From positions 57,536,001 to 57,600,000 of the forward strand of contig CM059430.1 of the NCBI GenBank assembly GCA_030390025.1: DNA of 64,000 nt, in the 5' to 3' direction. How positions within the stretch are numbered: position 1 is the stretch's first letter; the number at the start of each line of letters is the position of its first letter. Source of the stretch: Squalus acanthias. Its lineage: Eukaryota. The position numbers and the translations under genes were made by a program. Shown here piece after piece: positions 12,282 through 23,894 of the stretch. The notes under the pieces were generated by a model. That model saw nothing but the letters and a program-made list of their open reading frames with translations, had not been told where the DNA came from and searched no databases.

Positions 12282-13139
12282 GGAAATCTGGTGTTCAGCA
12301 TGAGCTAGAATGCGCGCCACCTCCCAGCGGGAAGAGAGTTCATCTTCAGATACTTCAACCATGCTGACTGGTATAAGGGCCGAGGCTGTGAATCCAGCTC
12401 TCATGTGTCTGTTTATCTGGGCACTTTGAGCCGCTTTCTTCATTTCTCGGACCGCTACCCACCACACAAGAAGACGCTTTTTCTGCCTCCGTTTCTCTCG
12501 GGATTTCTTGCCTCACCTCAATGTGTGATTTTAGGAGAGGAGGAAGGTCTGTGCGGTAGCTGGATGTTAAACCGTGAAACAAAGCAGGATATATTACTCG
12601 CTCGGCTTGTCTTTTACCGTTTACAGGAAGACCAGAAACTCGTCAGTTTTATGATGCTTTGAAATTGCTCATGACCTTTTCGATTTTGATGTAAGATTTC
12701 ATCAGCAAACAAAATTACTTTTAAGTGGCCATCCTGAGTTCTGAGTCTTGTGCGCTTTAGAGAGAACGGTCACTGAGGGTTTGAAATCCAACTCTGCAGC
12801 AATAGTAAGCAAAGGGTTTATTGGTAAAATAGCGAACAGATTGGTGAATAATACCGGAGTGCACGGTTTCAACTGTTGGGTCGCTGGTACCAACCTATTT
12901 GTAAAATGTATTTAACCTACTAACTTTATCCCATGTAACAAACGCATTAGAGCATTCGGGGTTTTGAAATTATTATGGGTTACCAGTGTACTCGGATTCT
13001 CTCATTCCTTCAGCTATTTTAGCAACATTAACTTGCATTTTGTCGCGCTCCCCACATGCAGAGAGACGTCTCAACGCTCTTTCCAGGACACTGGGCAAAG
13101 AGTAGACTGTGAGCAGGGGGTGGGGGGAGGAGAGAAAAA

Positions 13140-14410
13140 GAGGAGGCTTTTGAAGGCAGGGCATGAGTTGTAAAAAAGGTTGTAGGTGCCGGAGAGAGTG
13201 TTCCAGGGGAATGAAAGGGTGACCAGTGATGGGGCATCGGACAACAGGGAGCAGGCCGGAGTTGGGCCATTGGTGGTGGTGGTGGGGGGGGGGGGGGGGT
13301 GCTTGTAGGAACGTACGGTCGGCTGGGCATCACCGAAATGGGATGGGGGAGGCAATTGAGGGATTTGAAGGCAAGGATGAGGATTTGAAAGTCAATTGGC
13401 TGGAGTATGGGGAGTCAATGGACCTGGGCAGGGACAGGGTGGTGGGTGTGAGGGTGGGGACCCAGGGTGGTGGGTGTGAGGGTGGGGACCCAGGGTGGTG
13501 GGTGTGTGAGGGTGGGGACCCAGGGTGGTGGGTGTGAGGGTGGGGACCCAGGGTGGTGGGTGTGAGGGTGGGGACCCAGGGTGGTGGGTGTGAGGGTGGG
13601 GACCCAGGCTGCCGTGCTTTGGACGGATTTTAGTTCATTGGAGAAATTGAGCCTCGGGGTAGTAACGTTAACGAGGCTCGGGCAGCAGAGAGGGAGAGGC
13701 TCGGGCAGCAGAGAGGGAGAGGCTCGGGCAGAGGCGTGCAGAGTTAGAGCTGTCATGGTCTTACTCGGATGTTGGGTTAAATACTGAGCTTGGAATTGAG
13801 CAGTACACCAAGGCTCCACATTTCTTGGCTTGAGCCGACGAGGCCGCTGGGCAGGTTGGTGGTGTGCAGGGGTTCATAAGAACTGAAGATGAATTATTTA
13901 GTTTGACTGACATCTAGCTGGAGGTCCATATCTTAAGATCAGAAAGGCGGCTGGAGAGGTGGTGACGGCTTTGGGATCAAGGGAGGAGGGATAGCATATA
14001 AATGAAGGTAAAGGTACCAAGCATCGAGTACAGGGATAAGCAGAAGTGACTGTGCAGTCATGCGAAAAGAAGCGGCTGGTGACAATATAATCTCAATGAA
14101 GTGACAAGTAGGATTAGGACCCTGTGAGAGCAATGCCATGGATATACACAGTGGGAGAGAGCGGTTAGAGGATGGTGGGGTCAACAGTGTTGGAGGCAAT
14201 GGAGAGGTTGGGGGAGAGCCAGCCGTGGTCTGTTACATACAACTTTATTCCTTACTTCGCCCAGCATGGTTTGATGCTGTAGGAGCCTCAGTGGAAGGTC
14301 TCGGGCAGGGAATGGGAGGAGAGATGGGAGTGTAATTGTTTGGCAACAATGCGGCTCAGGTGAGGGAAGGAAAGTTCGAGATGGGTGCTATGTTGCAGAG
14401 AATGGAAGGG
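13140..14410 (-). mobile_element. Old degenerate L2-like LINE fragment
   Basis: Minus strand LSIASNTVDPTIL resembles the L2 RT motif LSAAFDTVDH; similar to the L2 copies at 49846 and 59330. Boundaries approximate. Confidence 0.55.
13435..13608. repeat. ~28-bp G-rich minisatellite (CAGGGTGGTGGGTGTGAGGGTGGGGACC), G-quadruplex-prone
   Basis: About 6 tandem units, each with four G runs of 3 or more. Confidence 0.9.
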
Positions 14411-14806
14411 TCAAGAAAGATATGAACTCGTTGACTTTAGTTGATTTCACCTGACAAAGGAGCAGCGCTCCGAAAGCTTGTGATTTCAAATAAAGCTGTT
14501 GGACTATAACCTGGTGTTGTCCGACTTCTCACATTTGTCCATCCCAGTCCAACACCGGCATCTCCACATCATCGTTGACTTTAAGCAGTGGGAAGCCTGC
14601 CGAAATAGTAAAGGAAGGCATTTCAGATGAGCAATTCTTTCACTCGGATCCCACAGTGTGATTTCCAGATTGGTTCACTGCTGTCGGCGCTGCGCCTGTT
14701 CCTCTGACAGAGGAATGGGAATGTCTACTTGTCACTTCATTGAGATTATATTGTCACCAGCCGCTTCTTTTCGCATGTCTGCACAGTCACTTCTGCTTCT
14801 CCCTGT
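14030..14806. repeat. 82-bp inverted repeat (arms 14030-14111 and 14725-14806)
   Basis: Arms are reverse complements with 2 mismatches. Confidence 0.9.
14440..14571 (+). mobile_element. 132-bp Penelope-derived mini-element (hammerhead + pLTR tail, family A)
   Basis: 12-bp TSD TCGTTGACTTTA (14428-14439, 14572-14583); tcac-CTGACAA-aggagcagcgctcc-GAAA-gcttgtga; tail nearly identical to 6500-6555. Confidence 0.8.
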
Positions 14807-15959
14807 TACCGGCGCCACATCCGTTCCTCGGGATCCTGCTCTGCCAGTCAGCGTGCTCTGCCTCAACAACCCATCGAATCTGAGTAAAACAGGAAACCAA
14901 TTCCAACAATTGAGCTATTAACCATTTATTAGGCCCACTACATTGGAGCACATTTTAAAGTAAACCACACAATGTGTACCCACAGACAGGAAGGACCTGG
15001 TGCCAGTGTTCAACAACACCGAACGAAATAATAGAGCCTGAAAGAGCAGTGTAAAAAAATAAACATAGAAACAGCGACATTACTATACCCATATTATTCA
15101 GAGTTAAATATCCTTCCCGGCCCTTCACTCTGAGCCGGTTTGATGGGTCAGTCCGGCAGCTCCGTCTGTGTCTCAGGAAAGGGAAGGGCGGCGGCTGAGG
15201 ACGGGATGAGGTGTTGCTTCCCGTCTCTGCTGGACCCGGGCGTCCGGCCAAGAGCTGGCCATCATCAATATAGTGACCAATATTATTCCATGGACTTATA
15301 ACAAGTCTGGGCACTCGGTGTGAGATTGATGTGAGACTGGAATTAGTGAATTAACCCGAGTAATTCTCAATGGATCGGCATTTATTCAGGATATATCGAT
15401 CATATCGATGTGTGTAGTTTAACTCGATCAAAAATATAACACACACATTAAGCGGCTTGTTGTACATTTCACCGGTGCTAGATATAACGAATTGGGTAAA
15501 AACTCACGTATAAAACAATACCGACAAATACCGCGTATGAACTCTGCAGAATAAGAGGCGCCTGTTGATTTTACTCTGGGCAGTGTTGGGATTCTCAGAC
15601 TTGTGAAACAATGACTGATCCCAGCAGAGCTAGGAATTTCCCCTGTCCGAGTTTCCAAACAAGCGGGTAGAATTTCAGAGGGGTTCTTTCGGCGGAAACC
15701 CGGGAGAAACGGCTCTGACTTTGCACTCCTGTGCATACCCCTTCACAAGTAAACCCCGGTATTACAATGCGAACTAGGGTCGGGAGAAAATGACTAAACA
15801 TTACAAGGCTGGAGAAAACAGTTGAACAAGATCAAGGTAAATTGAATGAATACGACAATGTCAAATAAAATCGAGAAAATTATTAAACCCGGAATTGAAT
15901 AAAAACGGATTCATTTTCACTTAAAACCGATATAAACCTTTCTCTCGTCTGTCCCAAAG

Positions 15960-16265
15960 CTTCTCTCGATCCGCCGCAGATTGTCCCCACCCTGTTTGGA
16001 AAAGAGTCATCGTTTTTCCTCAGGCTTGCCTGTAACACTGGCGGCTTTCACTCCAGGGAGCTGAGCATCAAGTGGTTTGTGAACGGCAACGAAATTGGAA
16101 CGGAGATCCGCAATGATATTCAGCCACGGCCAGGAGGCCTCTTCGAAGTTTCCAGCTATTTGGAGGCAGTGCCGCCTGTTCAGAATGGGACAGTTTACAC
16201 CTGCCGGGTCTCCTACCTGGACAGCCAGGTTCAAACCCTTTACACCTACATTTCCAGTGCTGAAG
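15960..16265 (+). CDS. VJ-C1 receptor exon 3: C1-set Ig domain
   Basis: Acceptor gtcccaaag, donor G|gtacag, phase 1-1, open; ASLDPPQIV...LACNTGGFHSRELSIKWFVNG...GLFEVSSYL...VYTCRVSY matches the C1-set pattern (Cxx.GF, W, F...S.L, YxCxV). Confidence 0.88.
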
Positions 16266-17212
16266 GTACAGTCATGTTCACAGATTCTCAAACGTTGCTC
16301 TAAACTTGTAAATTTAGTCTGGTGTGACATTGAATTTAGATCAAGTTGGCATTTTCTGAAAGACAATTTAAGAAACGCCGGGTGGGAATATCTCCTGGGT
16401 TCCCACGCTTTTGCCGGTGGTACCGGAGCGGGAATGTTCAGATCCATGCTGGGTATTTAAATGAAGCGAAGCGAAATCGAAGGTGATATGTTGGGCCATT
16501 CCCGCCTCAGTAACACTGGACAAGACTGACACCAGCGTTCAACCGGCGTCCAGCCTGACTAGTTGACGAGAGACGTGGAGGGAAGGTTAAATGGTTATGG
16601 CAGTAACTTGAGTAAAGAGGTACCTTCCACCTGGAATGCACTGCCTGAAAGGGTGGTGAAATAGTAATTTTCAAAAGGGAATTGGATATATTTTGAAAAA
16701 GAAAAAAAAATCCAGGGCTGTGGGGAAAGAGCCAGCGCAGGCACGATGGGCCGAATGGCCTCCTCCTGTGCTGTATGATTCTATAATGTCCCCTACCAGT
16801 GGCATGTCCCTCTCTACTTGGAAGCAGCAACTGGAAAACTTCTGAGATAGTGCCTTGAAGCATTAGAATCCTGCAGCAACAACCATTTCCCACCCACCCC
16901 ACACTGGGGAGAACTCCTAGGGCAGGAGCCCATTAAAGGTATCGAAATGAGACTGACCCGTCAAAATTCCCAAGGGTTAGTTCAGCGGGCAGTCGCACTC
17001 CCAGCGCCAATGCCGGTGGAGAAGAAAATGAAGATACAACCTGTGCATTGTATCATAACAAAAAGGATCACAGTCCTAACAGTCACCTTAATTCAAAGTC
17101 ACTTGGGTGGCACTGGCCTTCATCTTAAAGGTGCATGGTTTTCATAAGAAAGTGTTAAGCACACCTGTTTTTATTGGAGGGTGAAGACCCAAAAGCATAG
17201 TTTTTGCTGCGA

Positions 17213-18145
17213 TAATCCAAGTTTGCTGATGATACAAAGCTAAGTGCGACAGTCAGCTGTGAGGAGAACACAAAGAGTCTGCAAACGAATATAGATAGAC
17301 TAAGTGGGTGGGCAGTAAGGTGGCAGATGGAGTATAATGTAGGGAAATGTGAGGTTATTCACTTTGGTAGGAAGAATAGAAAAACAGAATATTTTTTAAA
17401 TGGTGAGAAACTTTCAAATGTTGGTGTTCAGAGAGATTTGGGTGTCCTCGTGCAAGAAACACAGAAAGCTAGCATGCAGGTACAGCAAGCAATAAGGAAG
17501 GCAAATGGCATGTTGGCCTTTATTGCAAGGGTGTTGGAGTATAAGAGTAAGCAAGTCTTGCTACAATTGTACAGGGCCTTGGTGAGACCACACCTGGAGT
17601 ACTGTACACAGTTCTGGTCTCCTTATCTAAGGAAGGATATACTTGCCTTGGAGGCAGTGCAACGAAGGTTCACTAGATTGATTCCTGGGATGAGAGGGCT
17701 GTCCTATGATGAGAGATTGTGTAGAATGGGCCTATACTCTCTAGAGTCTAGAAGAATGAGAGGTGATCTCATTGAAACATACAAGATTCTGAAGGGGATT
17801 GACAGGGTAAATGCTGAGAGGTTGTTTCCCTTGGCTGGAGTGTCTAGAACTGGGGGCATAGACTCAGGATAAAGGTTCGGCCATTTAAGACTGAGATGAG
17901 GAGGAATTTCCTCACTCAGAGAGTTGGGAATCTTTGGAATTCTCTGCCCCAGAGGGCTGTGAATGCTGAGTCTTTGAGTATATTCAAGGCTGAGATAGAT
18001 AGATTTTTGGACTCATGGGGAATCAAGGGATATGGAGATCGGGCGGGAAAGTGGAGTGGAGGTCGATGATCAGCCATGATCTTATTGAATGGTGGAGCAG
18101 GCTCGAGGAGCCGTATGGCCCACTCCTGCTTCTTATGTTCTTATA
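17213..18145 (+). mobile_element. CR1 LINE 3' fragment (RT C-terminus)
   Basis: KFADDTK, WQMEYNVGKCEVIHFG, LVRPHLEYC, 3' cttatgtt tail. Confidence 0.9.
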
Positions 18146-18777
18146 ATGTGATCTGGAATTGACAGAGTCACGTACTTCAATGTGGTTTGTGTTGCTGCTT
18201 CAGGTCAACAAATCAATATTTTACCAAATGCCTTCTCATGGAACCTCTTTAAGGAAGCAATATTTTTACAATTCATAAAACTCCTGTCAATGTGTATCAG
18301 AAATTGAAGTAGAATCTGCTCAATTTTAAATGATATTGACAAATTTGAGTAGCAGCAGTGAGAGTATGTGCAGGTCTGTACCGGAGAGGGACCAACAATA
18401 ATGGTGAGATTCTCCAGTCCATGAGTGGGAGGGGGTGCAGGTCTGTCACAGAGAAGGGCAGGTTTTTGCAGTGAATGAGGGCACTGCTGGAATAGGAGAG
18501 GATGGAGAAGGTAAATTAAAACATTTCTCCTCTACCCATTGCCCCATTATCTTCCTGACTTAATTTTACAAACATACATATATATTTTTTAAACCGGTAT
18601 TATTTGCAACCACCATGTTTACTAACCAGGATGTGGTATTGTCAGATTAAATCACATTGTTACTTTGTGTATCAGGTATCAGTGTTTAAATTAAGTGCTA
18701 AAACATACATGTGTTGTATTGTTCCCACATTTCCTGTGGTGTGATATAAGTTGAGTTATGTATTTGTAACGTTGCAG

Positions 18778-18891
18778 AGAGAGAATCAGATGTTCTGCCC
18801 TGGTGGATCTATATCTGTATAGGCTGTGGAGCTTTCCTCCTGCTGCTCCTGATTATTACACCAATACTTTGTAAATTCTGTGGATGCAGAG
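18778..18891 (+). CDS. VJ-C1 receptor exon 4: transmembrane exon (ERESDVLPWWIYICIGCGAFLLLLLIITPILCKFCGCR)
   Basis: gttgcag acceptor, G|gtaagc donor, phase 1-1; ~23-residue hydrophobic helix with no charged residue. Confidence 0.85.
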
Positions 18892-19618
18892 GTAAGCATG
18901 CTGTATTATGCTAAATGGTTTAAATTAAGAATTTTCAATATACTTTATAAAAACACAAGTTACAATGAACTGAAGTGATAATGCAAGTGAAATATACTTG
19001 TCTGAAGTAACTGTACTCATGGATTTAAACAATTAAGTTCAGTGAACACTTAGGAGGGCATCGTAATAATGGGAAAGTTGATATTCTTCTGTGGTGAATA
19101 ATTTACTATACATCACTAGACAACCTCTTCAGTTGTTGGTTTGACATGTGAATGGAGTAAATGTTGTAATATCTCAGGTATTGCAAGAGAGGCAAAAGAC
19201 TGGATCACTGCCACAGACATTTACACCATGTATTGCAACGACTATCCTAATATTACAGTTTCCTCACTACAGCACTGCAGCCTAGCTCTGTCCCGTTACT
19301 GGTAGATGTGATGGAGAAGAGTGGTATATATGAATAATGCAAGGAGGGGTACACTGTGTTGTTCTGGGATCCTGGAGTTCCCTTGCAACTCTACAGATAA
19401 GATTGTGGTAACTCTCCATTATCCCAGCAGTGTTTAAGTCATGTTAGATTTTCTAAAGGGCAGTTTAAAAGCTGCACTTTATCAATAGCATCAAAAGTCA
19501 AACAGTAACCTTATTTTCCATCCAAGGTAGGTAGGCTGCACCAGGTTAAATGTCCACCAGCCCCACTATATCTAAAGACTATATTAGCTCATAACCTAGT
19601 TAAGGGATACTATCCTCC

Positions 19619-20254
19619 TAGATATTGGGGATCACTCTCGCCTCGTCTCACGATCTAGATATTGGGGATCACTCTTGCCTCCCCTCACCTCCTAGATATT
19701 GGGGATCACTCTCACATCCCCTCACGATCTAGATATTGGGGATCACTCTCACCTCCCCTCACGATCAAGGTATTGGGGATCACTCTCACCTCTCCTCACG
19801 ATCTAGATATTGGGGATCACTCTCACATCCCCTCACGATCTAGATATTGGGGATCACTCTCACCTCCCCTCACGATCTAGATATTGGGGATCACTCTCAC
19901 CTCCCCTCACGATCTAGATATTGGGGATCACTCTCACCTCCCCTCACGATCTAGATATTGGGGATCACTCTCACATCCCCTCACGATCTAGATATTGGGG
20001 ATCACTCTCACATCCCCTCACGATCTAGATATTGAGGATCACTCTCACCTCCCCTCACGATCTAGATATTGGGGATCATTCTCACCTCCCCTCATGATCT
20101 AGATATTGGGGATCACTCTCACCTCCCCTCACGATCTAGATATTGGGGATCACTCTCACCTCCCCTCATGATCTAGATATTGGGGATCACTCTCACCTCC
20201 CCTCATGATCTAGATATTGGGGATCACTCTCACCTCCCCTCACGATCTAGATAT
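19619..20254. repeat. 37-bp minisatellite, ~17 copies (TAGATATTGGGGATCACTCTCACCTCCCCTCACGATC)
   Basis: Highly homogeneous tandem units in intron 4. Confidence 0.95.
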
Positions 20255-20788
20255 GAGATCAACTAGTTATGTTGAAGCTAATTTGATAGGTAAACAATCA
20301 AAGCAAGTTAATGAATAACTAAATCTAGTTAGACTAATTTATAATCGAAACCAGTTGCATTGACCAATAGCTGTGACTGACTATAGTAATTATTATGAGA
20401 CTCATTTAATTGCCAACTGATATTAGTCAAATTGTTCTGAATTGACCTGTAGATTTGGTTTCTGAGTAAGCAGGTGATGAGAAATGATTGGCAGTGAGAA
20501 ATTCTGGTTATATTTATGTCTCTAGTATGCATCGGGTTGGCAAATTAAAATATTTTATTTGCTCAAATAAGTCATTAGGATCTATTAAATGATATCAAAC
20601 ATATGGCAGTGTCATTTACATTCATAATAATAGGGTTCTATTAGATTGCAAAATTGAGATATTTCCATTAATTGGTGTAGGTCAAATGTAATGATACACT
20701 GAAAGGCAATTTGCTGCTCTACCTATTCCTATCTGCCAGAGAATGTGTTTAAGGTCATGTTATTTACTATCAATTTATTCTGTACCAG

Positions 20789-20832
20789 GCAAAGGGAGAA
20801 AAGCAAATGAAAGAAGTGTTCAGGAAAAGCAG
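20789..20832 (+). CDS. VJ-C1 receptor exon 5: short cytoplasmic exon (GKGRKANERSVQEKQ)
   Basis: ttattctgtaccag acceptor, CAG|gtaagt donor; phase 1 to 0 links the TM exon and terminal exon in frame. Confidence 0.7.
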
Positions 20833-21669
20833 GTAAGTTGACTATAATCCTTTTTATCAGCTGCTCTGGAATTTGTTTAAAATTAGTTTTGTACAGAATA
20901 AAATGTCCTAAACATGGAGAACGAAAAAGAGAATTGAGATTAAGCAGCAACTTCATCTTTCTGTGTACATTCCGCCCTGGATCACGGACGTGGTTTGAAT
21001 TTAATACATAGAAATTGTTGTGCTCCCTCTGTTGTCTTGAAGGATTGTCTAATGACTTTTTTAAAATGCTCTCCCGCTCAGGCCTCTGACTAAAATTGCA
21101 GTTAGGTCCCGATCGTGTCATCAGGACCCGACCTGTACATTTAAAGCGGGTTCCCACTACCTTCCTGTGCGTGTCCTGCTCAAAAGAGCATCGGAACCCG
21201 GTGGGCAGGCAGTGGGACCGCAGGGGGTAAATCGCTGCCCCTGTTGTAACTGCCTTCCTGCCTCATTTCCGCCCTTTGGAGGTGGGGGAGAGGGAGTTAA
21301 GGAAGGTAAGTCGCAGGGGGAGGGGAGGCGGGGGTGGTGTCACGATCGCAGAGGGTGGGGGTCCCGGGTGGCAGCGGCCCAGGTTATTTTTTGTGGGCCC
21401 TGGAGGTGGACTCCCGCTCTTCCACGGGCCACAAACATAATTCGACTTCCCTTTGCTGGGCCTCTTCTCTTCCGTCGCCCCTTTTAAAATGGTGCCGACC
21501 GCATCGCTGGTGTTAATGGGCCGGTAAGGCTACCAACCCTATTTGAGGCCGTTACTGCCCCGTTAACGCAAGGCAAAGGCAGTCACAATCAACCCCATTG
21601 TCTCTGGGGATTTTGATGTTGTCTAAAAGTCAATATCTTGTCAATCTCTTTTATACTATTATCTTGCAG

Positions 21670-21921
21670 CATTTGCAGAGACCAGCTAATTACAAGATGG
21701 CATATACTGTTAATGATTTCACCAGCCTCACGAAAGAGACTAAGCCCCAGCACGTGGACAAGAGACCAGCATGCCCCCACATGCCACCGAGAAACCAGCA
21801 GAGAGATGGCAAGCTGGTTTATGCAACACCACAATTCAAACAGCGCCAGGGCAGAAACCAGTTACCTGAACCCAAGAACAACAAATCAGTTACTAGCAAG
21901 AAGTTTGTTCTCCAACCTTAG
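21670..21921 (+). CDS. VJ-C1 receptor exon 6: cytoplasmic tail with Tyr motifs (MAYTVN, LVYATP), stop TAG
   Basis: Phase-0 acceptor atcttgcag (alternative in-frame acceptor at 21679); joined CDS is 1089 nt = 362 aa + stop. Confidence 0.68.
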   Translation, partial: HLQRPANYKMAYTVNDFTSLTKETKPQHVDKRPACPHMPPRNQQRDGKLVYATPQFKQRQGRNQLPEPKNNKSVTSKKFVLQP

Positions 21922-23814
21922 CTGGTCCTGAATTAACATTTCAAAATCTATGCTGACAGCACTTTTTAAATGGTTCATCCAATCTCTTCAGGATATATTT
22001 TCTTACTCTGTCCCCTCATGAATGTGCTAAGTAACAAGCTTTGTGTTATGAATATGACAAATAATATGATGGCAACTTATGCTAATGACAATAGCTTCAT
22101 TAGTGTTAGGCAGCAACTGTCTACCCATAGCACTCTGCAAATCTCTTTTAATACTGTAAAGGAACACTGGCAAAGTGTGGGGCCAACATGAATGAAAAGT
22201 CCTAGAAACTGAAATTGGATTGGTATTAAATTACAAGAAAAATGTCCATCCCCAGCACCAACATCCTTACCTTGAAAAGCACAAAATTCACCAGAAAACA
22301 GAGCTTGCACTGCACACCCACAGGATCATTTTACAATTTTGCTTTATTCGCTTGCGTGGTCCTGTGTGCAGGACTGGTAGCAAATGTTGCTGAGGAATTA
22401 AAATCCGCGGTCCGAAAAATAAGGTGGGTGGACAGGGATGAGAGTTTTCAGCTAATAAAAAGAAACAACTGTTATTGACGTAGAAAGGCATTTTGTGCAG
22501 AGCCAGCGGACAAGATTATAAAATAAATAAAGTTATCAGCTAAATTTAACGAGCAACCTCTTAACACAGAGAACGCAGACCAGGGCATGGAATGAGAAAG
22601 TGCCATTCAGATCAATCCTTTTACAGACCATGTACAATTTTCACTATGATGGATTTAATCTCCTGGTAGAAATGAACAGCTGAGGCCAGAACCTAGCCGA
22701 GCAAAACATCCCATAAATGAATTTAAAAAAAACATCAGATCAATTGAGCACTTTAATTTAAACTACTCCAGTCTGGCTGCATTCCACTGAAACCCTGATT
22801 ATCATTATCACAGAAACATAGGAATGTTAGCAGTGTTTGATATAAGTCCATAGTTAACCAGATATTTATTTGGCTCTTCATAGAATCATACAGCATTGAA
22901 GGAGGCCATTCAGGCCATCATGCCTGTGCCAGCCCTTTGAAGGAGCTGTACAATTAGTTTCAGTCCTTTTAGTCTTTTTTTAATAAAGCAGCTAATTGTA
23001 GTGTTAATTGCTTCTGATGGGAATCCATACCACAGATTAACTTTGTATGCAAAAAATGAGAATATATTAACCTCTTTCAAGCCTTGTTAATTTTGGACTC
23101 AACCTCTAATTCTTCAAAATTAAAATTAAATAATTTGCTTACAGCTCAAGTTTTAAAGATGTTGATCACGTCCTCTCTAACTATTTTTCTCCACTGATTT
23201 CTAGTTCCTCTTCATAACTAGAATGTTAAGGCCCCAAATCACTCTCGTTCTTCTCAGAACAATCTCCAATGCACCAATGTTTTTTTTGAGGCCAGAGTGT
23301 TTTAAACTGTACACATTACCCCAACATCTGCCCTTACCAAAAACCCCTTTCAACGAACGATCAGTGAGTTTATTCTGCAGAACTCAATTGCTCTCTGCCT
23401 CCAGACAGAGCTTTCTCCATTCATTACCCTCTCCTGCTTTCTCCTGCCAAGCCAGTACACCTAACACATGTGCCATTCATTTCAAGAACATTAGTCTTCC
23501 TTAAAAGCTTCACAAATGGAACTGGATAAAGTCACTAGCTTATGACTTGGTTCATGCCTCGAATCGTTAGACAGCTCCCATTGATGCTCATGTATCCTGA
23601 GGGTGTGCACCACCAGCTAATTGCATGTACTGTAATTGTAGATGATGTTCGATGCTGAGGGGGAGATAGCAATCTTGCTTAATGGTGCAACCACAACCTA
23701 CGTGCATTGGTGGTGGGGGGGGCACCATCCCTGCAGACAGTAATGGAGCCTACTGTACAAGTATGATTGACTTTATGGTCATGGTACTGGTTTGGGGGTT
23801 TAATGTTTTAAAAG

Positions 23815-23894
23815 AGAAACTGGTTTATGCCACAATAGCAATTCCCAGCCAGTTGGAACAGAAGTTGCAACAGTGCCTAGAAAAAAGAAAATAA
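23815..23894 (+). CDS. Candidate alternative terminal exon with canonical ITIM (EKLVYATIAIPSQLEQKLQQCLEKRK*)
   Basis: aaactggtttatgccaca is paralogous to aagctggtttatgcaaca in exon 6; weak acceptor ttttaaaag; AATAAA overlapping the stop and again at ~24065. Confidence 0.4.

Noticed and set aside
14652-14695. CACAGTG heptamer in the V-C intron as a recombination signal sequence
   Set aside because: No ACAAAAACC-like nonamer at 12 or 23 bp, and no adjacent V, D or J segment.
19619-20254. 37-bp repeat array resembling CRISPR
   Set aside because: No unique spacers, no cas genes, eukaryotic context; it is a minisatellite.
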